Assembly: GCA_963924995.1 (NCBI GenBank)
Contig: CAWUUU010000028.1
Span: 197 to 64,196 of the forward strand
Length of the DNA stretch: 64,000 nucleotides
Reading direction: 5' to 3'
Source of the DNA: an uncultured Opitutales bacterium
Lineage (GTDB): Bacteria; Verrucomicrobiota; Verrucomicrobiia; Opitutales; Seribacteraceae
Numbering within the stretch: position 1 is the first letter of the stretch; the number at the start of each line of letters is the position of its first letter. The notes below the pieces were generated by a model that ran no database searches, was not told the origin of the DNA, and was given only the letters and a program-made list of their open reading frames with translations. The translations under genes and the position numbers were made by a program. Below are positions 1 through 8,866 of the stretch, one piece after another.

Positions 1-1
1 T

Positions 2-163
2 AAGCAAGATTGGTTAGCAAATCTAGAGCAATCTGAGAAAGATTTAGCATTTTTTACACTGAATACAAAATTAACTGAACAAGAACCGAAAAAGGATTTG
101 GTAACAAATCTGGTTCATTCCCTTTGTGCATGGTTTAATGCTGAAACTGAGCTTAGATGCTAG
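2..163 (+). CDS. 3' end of an Opitutae-type RecO-like protein (truncated by the window start)
   Basis: Frame from nt 2 reads KQDWLANLEQSEKDLAFFTLNTKLTEQEPKKDLVTNLVHSLCAWFNAETELRC* (TAG 161-163). It matches the C-terminus of the decayed copy at 8867-9427, which carries EGLPVKQD, a motif I recall from Opitutae RecO-like proteins. Confidence 0.6.
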   Translation, partial: KQDWLANLEQSEKDLAFFTLNTKLTEQEPKKDLVTNLVHSLCAWFNAETELRC

Positions 164-329
164 TTTTTAATATTCCACGCCCCGAATTTTCAAGAGCTTA
201 AAATAGCGATATTTTTTCTCAAGCAACTGAGCCTGAGAAGTTGGTAATACACGATTTTCCAATTCTTTGTTCTCAACCCTTGCCAAAAGTAATTTCCTTT
301 TCTAGAAATATGTATCAAATTCTTTTAAA

Positions 330-749
330 ATGGCAGTTTACAAAAAAGATTGGGATTATAGAACCAAGGGGAAAGGGACTTACGAAATTACGGATGCAGT
401 TAATACTGGATTACAAGAATCTGGGCTTTCTGATGGAGTGGTTTCAGTTTTTCTCCAACATACTAGCTGTAGCCTTGTGCTTATGGAAAATGCGGATCCA
501 ACTGCACGAATAGACTTGGAGAAATTTATGGATAACCTCGTGCCGGAAGATTATCCTGATTTTGTTCATACTTTAGAAGGTCCAGATGATATGCCTTCTC
601 ATATCAAAATGGCTTTAACCCGAACAAGTGAGACTATTCCTTTTGCTAATGGATGCTTAGGCCTCGGTACTTGGCAGGGGCTTTTTTTATGGGAACATCG
701 AACATCCCCTCATTTAAGAAAGCTAATTTTGAGTTATATAGGAGAATAA
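330..749 (+). CDS. yjbQ: YjbQ/UPF0047 family (secondary thiamine-phosphate synthase-like)
   Basis: HTSCSL..ENADP, HTLEGPDDMPSHIK and LGTWQGLFLWEH motifs. Confidence 0.9.
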   Translation: MAVYKKDWDYRTKGKGTYEITDAVNTGLQESGLSDGVVSVFLQHTSCSLVLMENADPTARIDLEKFMDNLVPEDYPDFVHTLEGPDDMPSHIKMALTRTSETIPFANGCLGLGTWQGLFLWEHRTSPHLRKLILSYIGE

Positions 750-1499
750 ATGAGAGAATATTTTTTTAAATTATCAACCGTTTGTTTACTTTGTCTTTTT
801 TGGGGAGCATGCGGTCAAAATGGCCCCATAGTTGACGAGGAAGAAGATGCCGCTTTCCAGCGTGGACGTTCATACCTCAAGGTGGGTAAAGAGGAAGAAG
901 CGTTGGACGAATTTCTTTCTGTTACTCGACGAACGATGAATGCCTCTAAATCCCATTTGGAAGTGGGGCGGTTATTTTTAACTCTTAAATCTCGTAAAGA
1001 TCCCATTGCTGCGATCTATCATTTTAGAAGATTCCTCTTGTTGGAAAATGATTCTCGAGAAGCTCCCAAGGTCAAACAATTAATTGTGACTGCGGAACAT
1101 GAAATTATTCGTGAACTGCCCGGAGAGCCTTATTCAGACTTACTTGATTCATTAACTTTGAAAAAAGAGAATGATCGACTGAAGAGAGAGATTGCAGATC
1201 TTCGAGCAAGTCAAGGACTCCCTATAAATGCGAGCCAAGTTAGTGCTTTAAAGCTTAAAACGACTAAGCCACAGATACCAGTTGTCATTCCACCTAAAGC
1301 TAAGCCCAGCCCTGCGGAGCGTGCTCGAACCTATGTCGTGCAACAAGGAGATAGTTTATATGCGATCAGTCGTAAGCTTTATGGCGATTCTTCGCATATT
1401 GACCGAATTTTTCAAGCCAACCGTGCATCATTAGCGAGTAAGAATAGCTTGAAGTTAGGGCAGAAATTAGTCATCCCACCAATCCCGCCCTCTCGCTAA
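750..1499 (+). CDS. Probable lipoprotein with TPR-like region, coiled coil and C-terminal LysM domain
   Basis: Hydrophobic N-terminus ending in WGAC (lipobox-like); C-terminal YVVQQGDSLYAISRKLYG...LKLGQKLVIP is a LysM pattern. Confidence 0.85.
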   Translation: MREYFFKLSTVCLLCLFWGACGQNGPIVDEEEDAAFQRGRSYLKVGKEEEALDEFLSVTRRTMNASKSHLEVGRLFLTLKSRKDPIAAIYHFRRFLLLENDSREAPKVKQLIVTAEHEIIRELPGEPYSDLLDSLTLKKENDRLKREIADLRASQGLPINASQVSALKLKTTKPQIPVVIPPKAKPSPAERARTYVVQQGDSLYAISRKLYGDSSHIDRIFQANRASLASKNSLKLGQKLVIPPIPPSR

Positions 1500-1514
1500 G
1501 CGTATTTCGCTGAA

Positions 1515-2657
1515 ATGGCGTATTTTGATAATAATGCAACGACGCCCCTTGGTCAGAATGCCCTCGAAGCTTATCAATGTGCATTAAGTGAAGATTGGCA
1601 AAATCCATCCTCTCCTTATCGTTCTGGTTCTCGAGTCCGAGCGAAGATGGAAAAAGCAAGAGAAGAATTGGCAGAATCTCTCGGAGTAAGAAAAGATGAA
1701 ATCATATTCACCTCTGGGGCAACAGAGGCAAATAATGCGGTTTTTGCTTATTCTGCTTCAGTAGCGAAGCCGGATTCAACTTGTCTAATATCTCCTTTTG
1801 AACATCCAAGTATTCTTGAACCGGCAAGGCATTATTTTAAAGGCCGAATCGCTTATTTTCCGATCGATCAGGACGGAAGAATTGAGTTAGATCTAGTGGA
1901 GGAAATTCTGAGCGGAGGAAATATTTCTATAGTTTCCTTGATGGCGGCAAATAATGAAACCGGGGTTCTTCAACCTTGGAAAGAAGTTGCACAAATTTGT
2001 GCCAATAAAGGCATTTATTTTCATTGTGATGCAACACAATGGATCGGTAAATTAGCCATTAACTACTTTTCCCTTTGTTCTTCTTTTTCTGCAAGTGCAC
2101 ATAAGTTTTCAGGGCCAAAAGGTGTGGGGTGGTTAGTCTGTAAGAAACCCATAAAGCTCCAATTGGGAGGTGAGCAGGAAATGTCAATGCGTGGAGGAAC
2201 AGAGAATTATCCAGCAATAATTTCTATGTTTACCGCATGGCAAGACATTCAAGCACTTTTATGCTCCACCAAGGAAAGGGCAGAATGGAGAAATCGATTT
2301 GAGGATGGTTTAATAAAAGCGATTCCCGGGGTAAAGGTTTTAGGTTCCAAAAATCCACGACTTTGGAATACCTCAATGATTGTAGTACCCAATTTTGACA
2401 ATTTAAGCTGGCTGGGAAAGTTAGATAAGATCGGCTATTCAGTTTCTACTGGTTCCGCTTGTTCCACGGGGAAAGTAGGGCAGTCTATTGTGGGGTTGTC
2501 GATGGGTTTATCAACTCGCGAAGTTCGTAGGCTTATCCGCGTAAGTTCCTATTTAGAACACAGGGAAAGCGATTGGGAAAAACTGGCCTTGGCTTTTGAA
2601 CAAGTGAATATAGAACTCATTGAAGATGCATCCAATTCATCAGTTATATCCATTTAA
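1515..2657 (+). CDS. Cysteine desulfurase (NifS/IscS-like, group I)
   Basis: YFDNNATTP, FTSGATEANN, SAHKFSGPKG (PLP Lys) and GSACSTG (catalytic Cys). Confidence 0.9.
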   Translation: MAYFDNNATTPLGQNALEAYQCALSEDWQNPSSPYRSGSRVRAKMEKAREELAESLGVRKDEIIFTSGATEANNAVFAYSASVAKPDSTCLISPFEHPSILEPARHYFKGRIAYFPIDQDGRIELDLVEEILSGGNISIVSLMAANNETGVLQPWKEVAQICANKGIYFHCDATQWIGKLAINYFSLCSSFSASAHKFSGPKGVGWLVCKKPIKLQLGGEQEMSMRGGTENYPAIISMFTAWQDIQALLCSTKERAEWRNRFEDGLIKAIPGVKVLGSKNPRLWNTSMIVVPNFDNLSWLGKLDKIGYSVSTGSACSTGKVGQSIVGLSMGLSTREVRRLIRVSSYLEHRESDWEKLALAFEQVNIELIEDASNSSVISI

Positions 2658-2665
2658 AATCTCAA

Positions 2666-3745
2666 GTGCATCTACTTGACCTAAATTTAGAAAATTTTCG
2701 GAATATTGAATCTGCGAATTTAACTTTTTCCGGGAATCATATTTTTTTTATTGGAGCCAATGGGCAGGGGAAAACCAATTTATTAGAGGCGATTGGTATT
2801 TCCTCGAATTTACGATCCTTTCGGAAATCTGGTATGGATGGCTTGGTTCGTGAGGGATGTAAGAAGAGCAGGCTTTTCTTTCGATTCAAGGACGAGAATG
2901 CAGAGGATCGTGAGACCTTGTTACAATTTCATGACAAAGGAGAAAAGCAACTTGAAGTGGATGGCGAAAGGATTAAACGTTTTTCGGATTACCTTGGAGA
3001 ATTCCCCTCGGTTGCTTTTTCCTCAAGAGATTTTCGATTAGTTCGAGAAGGCCCTTCCGATCGACGGAAATGGCTCGATTTGCTTCTCTCTTCCTCTTCA
3101 ACCGAATACTTCGAGGCATTAAAAATTTACCATCGATCTTTACGTGAGCGTAATGCTTTGCTCAAGCAGGGTGGGGGAGATAGGGAATTAGATGCATTTG
3201 AACAAAGTTTGATTCCAAATGCGTATCGGATTTATCAATTTCGGTCGGAAGCACTCCCTGAAATTTCAGCAACACTTTCGAGTTACTATAACTCCCTTTC
3301 AAACGGATTGGAAAAAGCGGGCTTGCACTATCGTCCAGATCTAGAACTTACCAATCCCGATGATTTTGCAAAACGCTTAATGAAGGAGAGAATGAAAGAC
3401 CGCCAATTTGGAACTACTCGGCGAGGACCACACCGCGATGATTTTGAATTTCTCTTGGATGAAAAAGATGCCCGTATCTTTTCCTCCGAGGGTCAACAAA
3501 GAGGTCTAGTATTGGGTTTACGATTTGCGGAATTTGAATTTTTAAAAAAAAATCGTAACCGCACACCTTTGTTACTAATCGATGATGTGCTCGGAGAATT
3601 GGACGAAGAGAGAAAGGCAAATTTTAAGAAACTTCTTCCTGCTGATGCTCAAGTTTTTGCGACGGGTACCAGTTTTCCAACTAAACCTGAGAGTGGTCAA
3701 TGGGAATCCTTTGAAGTAAAGGCTGGAAGATTCGTAAAAACCTAA
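2666..3745 (+). CDS. recF: DNA replication/repair protein RecF
   Basis: Walker A GANGQGKTNLLEAI, GPHRDD, SEGQQR and LLIDDVLGELD. Confidence 0.95.
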   Translation: MHLLDLNLENFRNIESANLTFSGNHIFFIGANGQGKTNLLEAIGISSNLRSFRKSGMDGLVREGCKKSRLFFRFKDENAEDRETLLQFHDKGEKQLEVDGERIKRFSDYLGEFPSVAFSSRDFRLVREGPSDRRKWLDLLLSSSSTEYFEALKIYHRSLRERNALLKQGGGDRELDAFEQSLIPNAYRIYQFRSEALPEISATLSSYYNSLSNGLEKAGLHYRPDLELTNPDDFAKRLMKERMKDRQFGTTRRGPHRDDFEFLLDEKDARIFSSEGQQRGLVLGLRFAEFEFLKKNRNRTPLLLIDDVLGELDEERKANFKKLLPADAQVFATGTSFPTKPESGQWESFEVKAGRFVKT

Positions 3746-3815
3746 CCTTTCCATTGCTCTTAATTTTCTTCATTCTTTTAAGCATGCAAAATTTCGTAAT
3801 TAATTTTCTTAATCT

Positions 3816-4616
3816 ATGGAAGTATTGACTGTTACTCATTGGTCTCTGTTGGTATTGGGTTCTCTCATTATGGGCATGAGTAAAGGAGGCTTACCGGGTG
3901 CGGGGAATTTAACGGTCGCAATTTTTGCCTTGGTATTGGAGGACGCACTTGGGCCTATCGGGGTGCCTCTTTCGGTCGGATTACTTTTACCGGTTCTCAT
4001 CTCAGCTGATCTTACGGCGACCCTTGTTTACAGGAAGCATACTGATTGGAAATTTATTGCTCGGTTACTTCCCTGTTTTATTATTGGAACAGTTCTTGGT
4101 TGGTGGGTCTTTGATTATTTCCAAGGCGGAGATGATCGGGTTCGACAATTAAAGTATGTAATTGGAGGCATCCTATTGAGTATGACTGCTCTGCATTTTT
4201 TCGTTAAATTTCGAAAACAAAATAAGCTGGAGACTGAAAATGCAGTAAATGAGATGCCCAAAGGGTCAATTGTACTTGGACTTGTCTTTGGCTTACTTGG
4301 CGGAGTGGCAACCATGTTGGCTAATGCAGCAGGGCCTATTGCTCAACTGTACTTATTGGCAATGGCATTACCTAAATATGCATTTATTGGTACATCTGCC
4401 TGGTTGTTTCTCATCGTGAATGTGATCAAAATTCCATTTATGATCGATCTAGAAATCATCACTTTGGATTCAATGTCTGTAAGTGGGTGGATGTTTATTC
4501 CGGCTATGATTGGAGCAGCGACAGCTCCAATGATTGTGAAATATATTAATCAAACTTTATTCGAGCGAATGGTTTGGTTTTTCATCGTACTTGCGGGAAT
4601 TCGGATGATTCTTTAG
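3816..4616 (+). CDS. TauE/SafE (sulfite exporter) family membrane protein
   Basis: Multi-TM with GMSKGGLPG and ANAAGP motifs in the two halves. Confidence 0.85.
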   Translation: MEVLTVTHWSLLVLGSLIMGMSKGGLPGAGNLTVAIFALVLEDALGPIGVPLSVGLLLPVLISADLTATLVYRKHTDWKFIARLLPCFIIGTVLGWWVFDYFQGGDDRVRQLKYVIGGILLSMTALHFFVKFRKQNKLETENAVNEMPKGSIVLGLVFGLLGGVATMLANAAGPIAQLYLLAMALPKYAFIGTSAWLFLIVNVIKIPFMIDLEIITLDSMSVSGWMFIPAMIGAATAPMIVKYINQTLFERMVWFFIVLAGIRMIL

Positions 4617-4629
4617 AAAAGGTGAAAAA

Positions 4630-5208
4630 ATGAGTAAAAGTTCGCGAAAATTATGGGCCGATCATCTGGCGGGAAAATCAACTCGTTCCACTGCTATTGA
4701 TACGCAAACTTTGTTGCGAAAAACTCCATTCAAAGGAAGAATTCTTGGAGTTGACCCGAGTCTTCGTGGTACGGGATTAGCGGTGTTGGATTGTGAGGGT
4801 AGCACCTTTAAGCTACTGCATTCCGAAACTCTTATTTTAAAACCCAAGATCGATTCTGTGGCATGCCTTGGAATTATTCATCAAGCAGTTTCACAATTAC
4901 TCGATCTTTGGAAACCCCGTCATCTATCTTGTGAAGCTACTATTTATGTACAGAATTTTCAAACTGCGCAAATTATGGGTGCTGCACGCGGAGCCGCTTT
5001 ATGTGCATCTGCTATCCGGGAAGTCCCCGTCTTCGAATATGCTCCTCTTCGCGTAAAGCAGGCTGTGGTTGGCTTTGGTCGAGCGAGTAAGGAACAAATG
5101 TCTCAAACGCTTGCTCAAATGCTTCACTTGCCCAAACCATTACCCTTTGACCAATCGGATGCACTTGGACTGGCTTTATGTCATGCCTTAACTTGGCATC
5201 CGGGTTAG
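4630..5208 (+). CDS. ruvC: Holliday junction resolvase RuvC
   Basis: ILGVDPSLRGTG, EYAPLRVKQAVVGFGRASKEQ and DQSDALGLALCH. Confidence 0.95.
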   Translation: MSKSSRKLWADHLAGKSTRSTAIDTQTLLRKTPFKGRILGVDPSLRGTGLAVLDCEGSTFKLLHSETLILKPKIDSVACLGIIHQAVSQLLDLWKPRHLSCEATIYVQNFQTAQIMGAARGAALCASAIREVPVFEYAPLRVKQAVVGFGRASKEQMSQTLAQMLHLPKPLPFDQSDALGLALCHALTWHPG

Positions 5209-5215
5209 AAATTTT

Positions 5216-5875
5216 TTAAATAAATAAACGAGAAGGCAGAAGAGGACGACTGCTGTTTGAACATCCGATCAAGGAGATATTTACAATTAATTCGTCTTTG
5301 ATCACATCGAGCATGCGCCCCGGATTAATCCCAAAGGCTCCTCTGCTTAATTGTAATTGTCCTTTAAGCACAATTAAATCACCCCGTTTGCCATCAAATT
5401 TTCTACGCGCATTACGGAGATATTTGATGCTCATCGGAAAAGCAATTTGAGAGGTTTTATTTTTTAGTGATAAGGAACCGTAAGCTTCTCCATTTAGAGT
5501 ATTTCCTCGCCAATGCTCTTTCCGTAATCCTTTTAATTTAAATTCGATCTTTGGATGCTTAAATGAATTGAGCCAAACAGGTTGATGGGCGTCACCATCG
5601 ACTTTATGATAACCAAATCGTAGTGTTCTAGCATCTAAAAGTACTGAACCAATTGAACTGGCCGGAGTTTTCATTGAAAACTGAATCTCCCCGTTCACTT
5701 TCTCAAATGAACCGCGCACCTGACCCAGTCCAAAAAGTACGCCTTTTTGAAGCCTCACATCAATCTTATTCAAATTCCCCAAAGGTTGAAGGTCGTACTC
5801 AATTATGCCGTAGGCAAAATGAATTGTTAAACTTATGCACCACACACAAGTTTTACTAATTTTCGTTAACCACAT
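5216..5875 (-). CDS. YceI-like secreted lipid/polyisoprenoid-binding protein
   Basis: Signal-like N-terminus; VRGSFEKVNGEI, HPKIEF, GSLSLKNKT and LSRGAFGI fit the YceI barrel pattern. Confidence 0.7.
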   Translation of the reverse strand: MWLTKISKTCVWCISLTIHFAYGIIEYDLQPLGNLNKIDVRLQKGVLFGLGQVRGSFEKVNGEIQFSMKTPASSIGSVLLDARTLRFGYHKVDGDAHQPVWLNSFKHPKIEFKLKGLRKEHWRGNTLNGEAYGSLSLKNKTSQIAFPMSIKYLRNARRKFDGKRGDLIVLKGQLQLSRGAFGINPGRMLDVIKDELIVNISLIGCSNSSRPLLPSRLFI

Positions 5876-5989
5876 CGTTCGATTAAACTAAATTATAGAT
5901 GATGAAATGTCGACAAATCTTATTTGATTGGTTGTTATTTTCACTTGACTCAAATAAGCACATAACAAATTGTATATTCACACGTTATT

Positions 5990-6781
5990 ATGAATATTTT
6001 GCATTTCAAATCTTCAATTCTCACACTTAGTTTATTTGTGTCCTTAACTTCCATTTTTGCTGACATTAAAAACGAGGGTTTTATTGGTGATCCATTTTAT
6101 GGAACAATATCCGATTCGACCGGTGAAATTGTAAATCAAGTCGGTCCGAATGCAGAATTTGCAGTGCCTTCTTCGCTTAACGCTCGTTCAGAATTAACCA
6201 CTTTGCTCTCAGGCGAATTTTCAAAACTTTCAGCAGCCTTAAGTTTGGATGATGGTACCATCACGAATCTTTCGCCTTTGGCAGTATCATGGGAAAGTAA
6301 AAGTCCAAAACTTTTAATCAAAGATGGTTTTGCTACGGCTCAGGATATTTCTAAAAATACCAGAGTATCTGTCAGTGCTAGCGCAGAAGGATTAACTACG
6401 ATAGTCTTTATACGTTTGAAAATCGATAGCTTATTACCCAATTCCGAACTTGATCCGATTGAATCTTCCCAAAATGCACTTTCAGATTCCGTCTCGCTTC
6501 CACAAGAAGGTTGGAAAGAGTCGCGTTGGTTCGGTAATTACTTTGATGCTGGGAACGATTGGATTCATCATGTGAATCTTGGTTGGCTTTACACTTCAAC
6601 CGATAAACCGACATCACTTTGGCTTTGGTCTCCGTCACAAGAGTGGTTATGGACAGGCAGAGGAGTTTATCCGCACATGTATCGAAATAAAGACGGTACA
6701 TGGGTTTACTTTATCGTAGAGGCTTTTCCCCAAAAGGTCTTTTACAATCAATCTACCAAAAAGCTAGAACGATCCGAGTAA
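5990..6781 (+). CDS. Secreted protein with an Ig-like segment and a Trp-rich C-terminal domain
   Basis: Signal peptide; C-terminal GWKESRWFGNYF..DWIHHVNLGWLY..LWLWSPSQEWLWT..VYPHMY..TWVYF aromatic domain. Confidence 0.7.
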   Translation: MNILHFKSSILTLSLFVSLTSIFADIKNEGFIGDPFYGTISDSTGEIVNQVGPNAEFAVPSSLNARSELTTLLSGEFSKLSAALSLDDGTITNLSPLAVSWESKSPKLLIKDGFATAQDISKNTRVSVSASAEGLTTIVFIRLKIDSLLPNSELDPIESSQNALSDSVSLPQEGWKESRWFGNYFDAGNDWIHHVNLGWLYTSTDKPTSLWLWSPSQEWLWTGRGVYPHMYRNKDGTWVYFIVEAFPQKVFYNQSTKKLERSE

Positions 6782-6858
6782 CTCAATTCATCGATTAAAG
6801 TTGTGCTCGGTCATTCTATCCATGTGCCGATTTTCTTACCTTCTACAATCCTAAACTT

Positions 6859-8349
6859 ATGAAATTTTTTATTCTACTCCTACTCGTGCCCATCTTTTCC
6901 TTGGTCGCGTCGCCACCTGTTCCTTACTCGGGAAAGGTTTCTATAAATGGGGTTAACTTCTCTGGGACTACAGATTTTGTTTTTTCTATACACGATGGCA
7001 AAGGGACGACTCATTGGCAAAATGGTTCCAATGAGAGGGATTCTATCAAAATTGTAGTGTCTAATGGGCGCTACACAGCGCTATTGGGTGGGCAGGGTAT
7101 GAATGTGCTACCCGCAGATTTATTTTTAAAGCAGCAAGAATTATATATAAAAGTAAGCTTTCGAGCTGGAGATGGTAAAGGGTTGCAGCATTTATCCCCA
7201 GATCAACGAATAACCGCTACTCCCTATGCACTCAGTGCAGAATGGGCTAAATTTGCCCAGTCAGTTAAGGCCGGTTCTATTACTAAGGATATGCTTGCCC
7301 CATCCTTACAGACTGAAATTTCTTCTGGTGGAGGTTCCACTTCCACTTCCATTATCACTACCGACTCGGATATGACTCTTGGTGCAGATTCGGTGGTGCT
7401 TGCGAAAAATTCTGAAAAGGTTCTTAACCTTACACTTCCTCCAGCATCTCAAAGCATTGGTCTGAAATATCATATAGTTGGACGTGGTAATCAAGTTAAA
7501 ATTAAATCCAGTCCTAGTGAGATTGAGGGGGGGGATTACGGCCTATTACATCAAAATCAATCTGTTGAATTTATTTGTTTGGATGGTCAATGGATTGTGA
7601 CTTCTGGCCACGTGTCCGTTGGAATTAATGGAAAAGTCAAGGACATCTATCCGGGATTTTTTAGTAGTATTCCAGAGAATTTAACGAATGTCGGCGGAAC
7701 TCTTTATTTTAGTGCCCAGTATCAAAATGGGAATGAATTATGGAAGAGTGATGGCAGCGAATCTGGAACGATTCGAGTCAAGGACATCTATTCGGGGAGT
7801 AGTTCAAGTAATCCACAGTATTTAACAAATGTCGGTGGAACCCTCTATTTTAGTGCCCAGGATCAAAATGGGAGTGAATTATGGAAGAGTGACGGCAGCG
7901 AATCTGGAACGGTACGAGTCAAGGACATCTATCCGGGGAGTGATTCAAGTAATCCACAGAATTTAACAAATGTCGGTGGAACCCTCTATTTTCGTGCCCA
8001 GGATCAAAATGCCATTTTGCACAATGGGAGTGAATTATGGAAGAGTGATGGCAGCGAATCTGGAACGGTACGAGTCAAAGACATCTATCCGGGGAGTAGA
8101 TCAAGTAATCCACAGAATTTAGCAAATTTCGGCGGAACCCTCTATTTTACTGCCGGTGACGGGAATGGGTATGATTTATGGAAGAGTGATGGAACTAAAG
8201 CGGGCACGATTGTCGCAATTAATTTCAGACCATTAGATCAATATTCAATCGCTTTTCCCCATAATTTTACCATTATTGGAAATACGCTCTATTTTAGTGC
8301 CCAAGATCCGGAAGGTCATGAATTATGGAAAATAGTTGAATCGCAGTAA
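6859..8349 (+). CDS. Secreted ELWxxDGT-repeat (beta-propeller) surface protein with an N-terminal fibre/adhesin-type domain
   Basis: Signal peptide; N-domain PYSGKVSING...LSPDQRITATPYALSA; repeated ELWKSDGSESGT / TLYFSA motifs. Confidence 0.85.
   Translation: MKFFILLLLVPIFSLVASPPVPYSGKVSINGVNFSGTTDFVFSIHDGKGTTHWQNGSNERDSIKIVVSNGRYTALLGGQGMNVLPADLFLKQQELYIKVSFRAGDGKGLQHLSPDQRITATPYALSAEWAKFAQSVKAGSITKDMLAPSLQTEISSGGGSTSTSIITTDSDMTLGADSVVLAKNSEKVLNLTLPPASQSIGLKYHIVGRGNQVKIKSSPSEIEGGDYGLLHQNQSVEFICLDGQWIVTSGHVSVGINGKVKDIYPGFFSSIPENLTNVGGTLYFSAQYQNGNELWKSDGSESGTIRVKDIYSGSSSSNPQYLTNVGGTLYFSAQDQNGSELWKSDGSESGTVRVKDIYPGSDSSNPQNLTNVGGTLYFRAQDQNAILHNGSELWKSDGSESGTVRVKDIYPGSRSSNPQNLANFGGTLYFTAGDGNGYDLWKSDGTKAGTIVAINFRPLDQYSIAFPHNFTIIGNTLYFSAQDPEGHELWKIVESQ
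7636..8200 (+). repeat. Four near-identical 141-bp (47-aa) intragenic tandem repeats
   Basis: Unit start GTCAA(G/A)GACATCTAT at 7636, 7777, 7918 and 8074 (spacing 141, 141, 156). Confidence 0.9.
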
Positions 8350-8360
8350 TCAAACTGAAT

Positions 8361-8660
8361 GATCCGAGTAATTCTATTCATCGTTTGAAATCGGGTTCCG
8401 TTGTTATTGTCGTATTAGGTTATTCTTACCTTCTACAAATTTAAATTTATGAAAATTTAAATTTGTTATTGTTACGACCTATCTTTTCCTTGCCCGTCTC
8501 ACCGCGTGTAACATACTCGGGACTACAGATTTTGTTTTTTATCTACACGATGGCTAGGGGTCGACTCATTGGCGAAATGTTTCCAATGAGAGGGATTCTA
8601 TCAAAATTGTAGTTTCTATCGGGTGCTACCCAGTCTTATTGGGTGGGCGAGGAGATGAAA
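8361..8660 (+). pseudogene. Decayed copy of 6771-7100 (upstream region plus 5' part of the ELWxxDGT gene)
   Basis: Shared GATCCGAGTAA, TTCTTACCTTCTACAA, GGGACTACAGATTTTGTTTTTT, CCAATGAGAGGGATTCTATCAAAATTGTAGT and TATTGGGTGGGC; contains stops and an internal deletion. Confidence 0.85.
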
Positions 8661-8866
8661 AGTTAATTTCAGATGGAGCAACTCCTTCCTCCTTAAAAAC
8701 TGAAAGAAGGTAGACGGAACACTACTCAATCGAGAAAACGAAGTCCCTCTCCGAAAAAAGTAACGACTGACCCCAAGAAAAGATCCCAACCATCCGGTGA
8801 TCGTCAAACCACAAAGTCGCCTCCGTTTCGACGGATTAAATTACCCGGCTGGATCCTGACCAAAGT

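Noticed and set aside
6771-8660. Diversity-generating retroelement (template/variable repeat pair)
   Set aside because: No reverse transcriptase in the window, the duplicate covers the 5' end rather than a C-terminal variable region, and differences are not adenine-specific.
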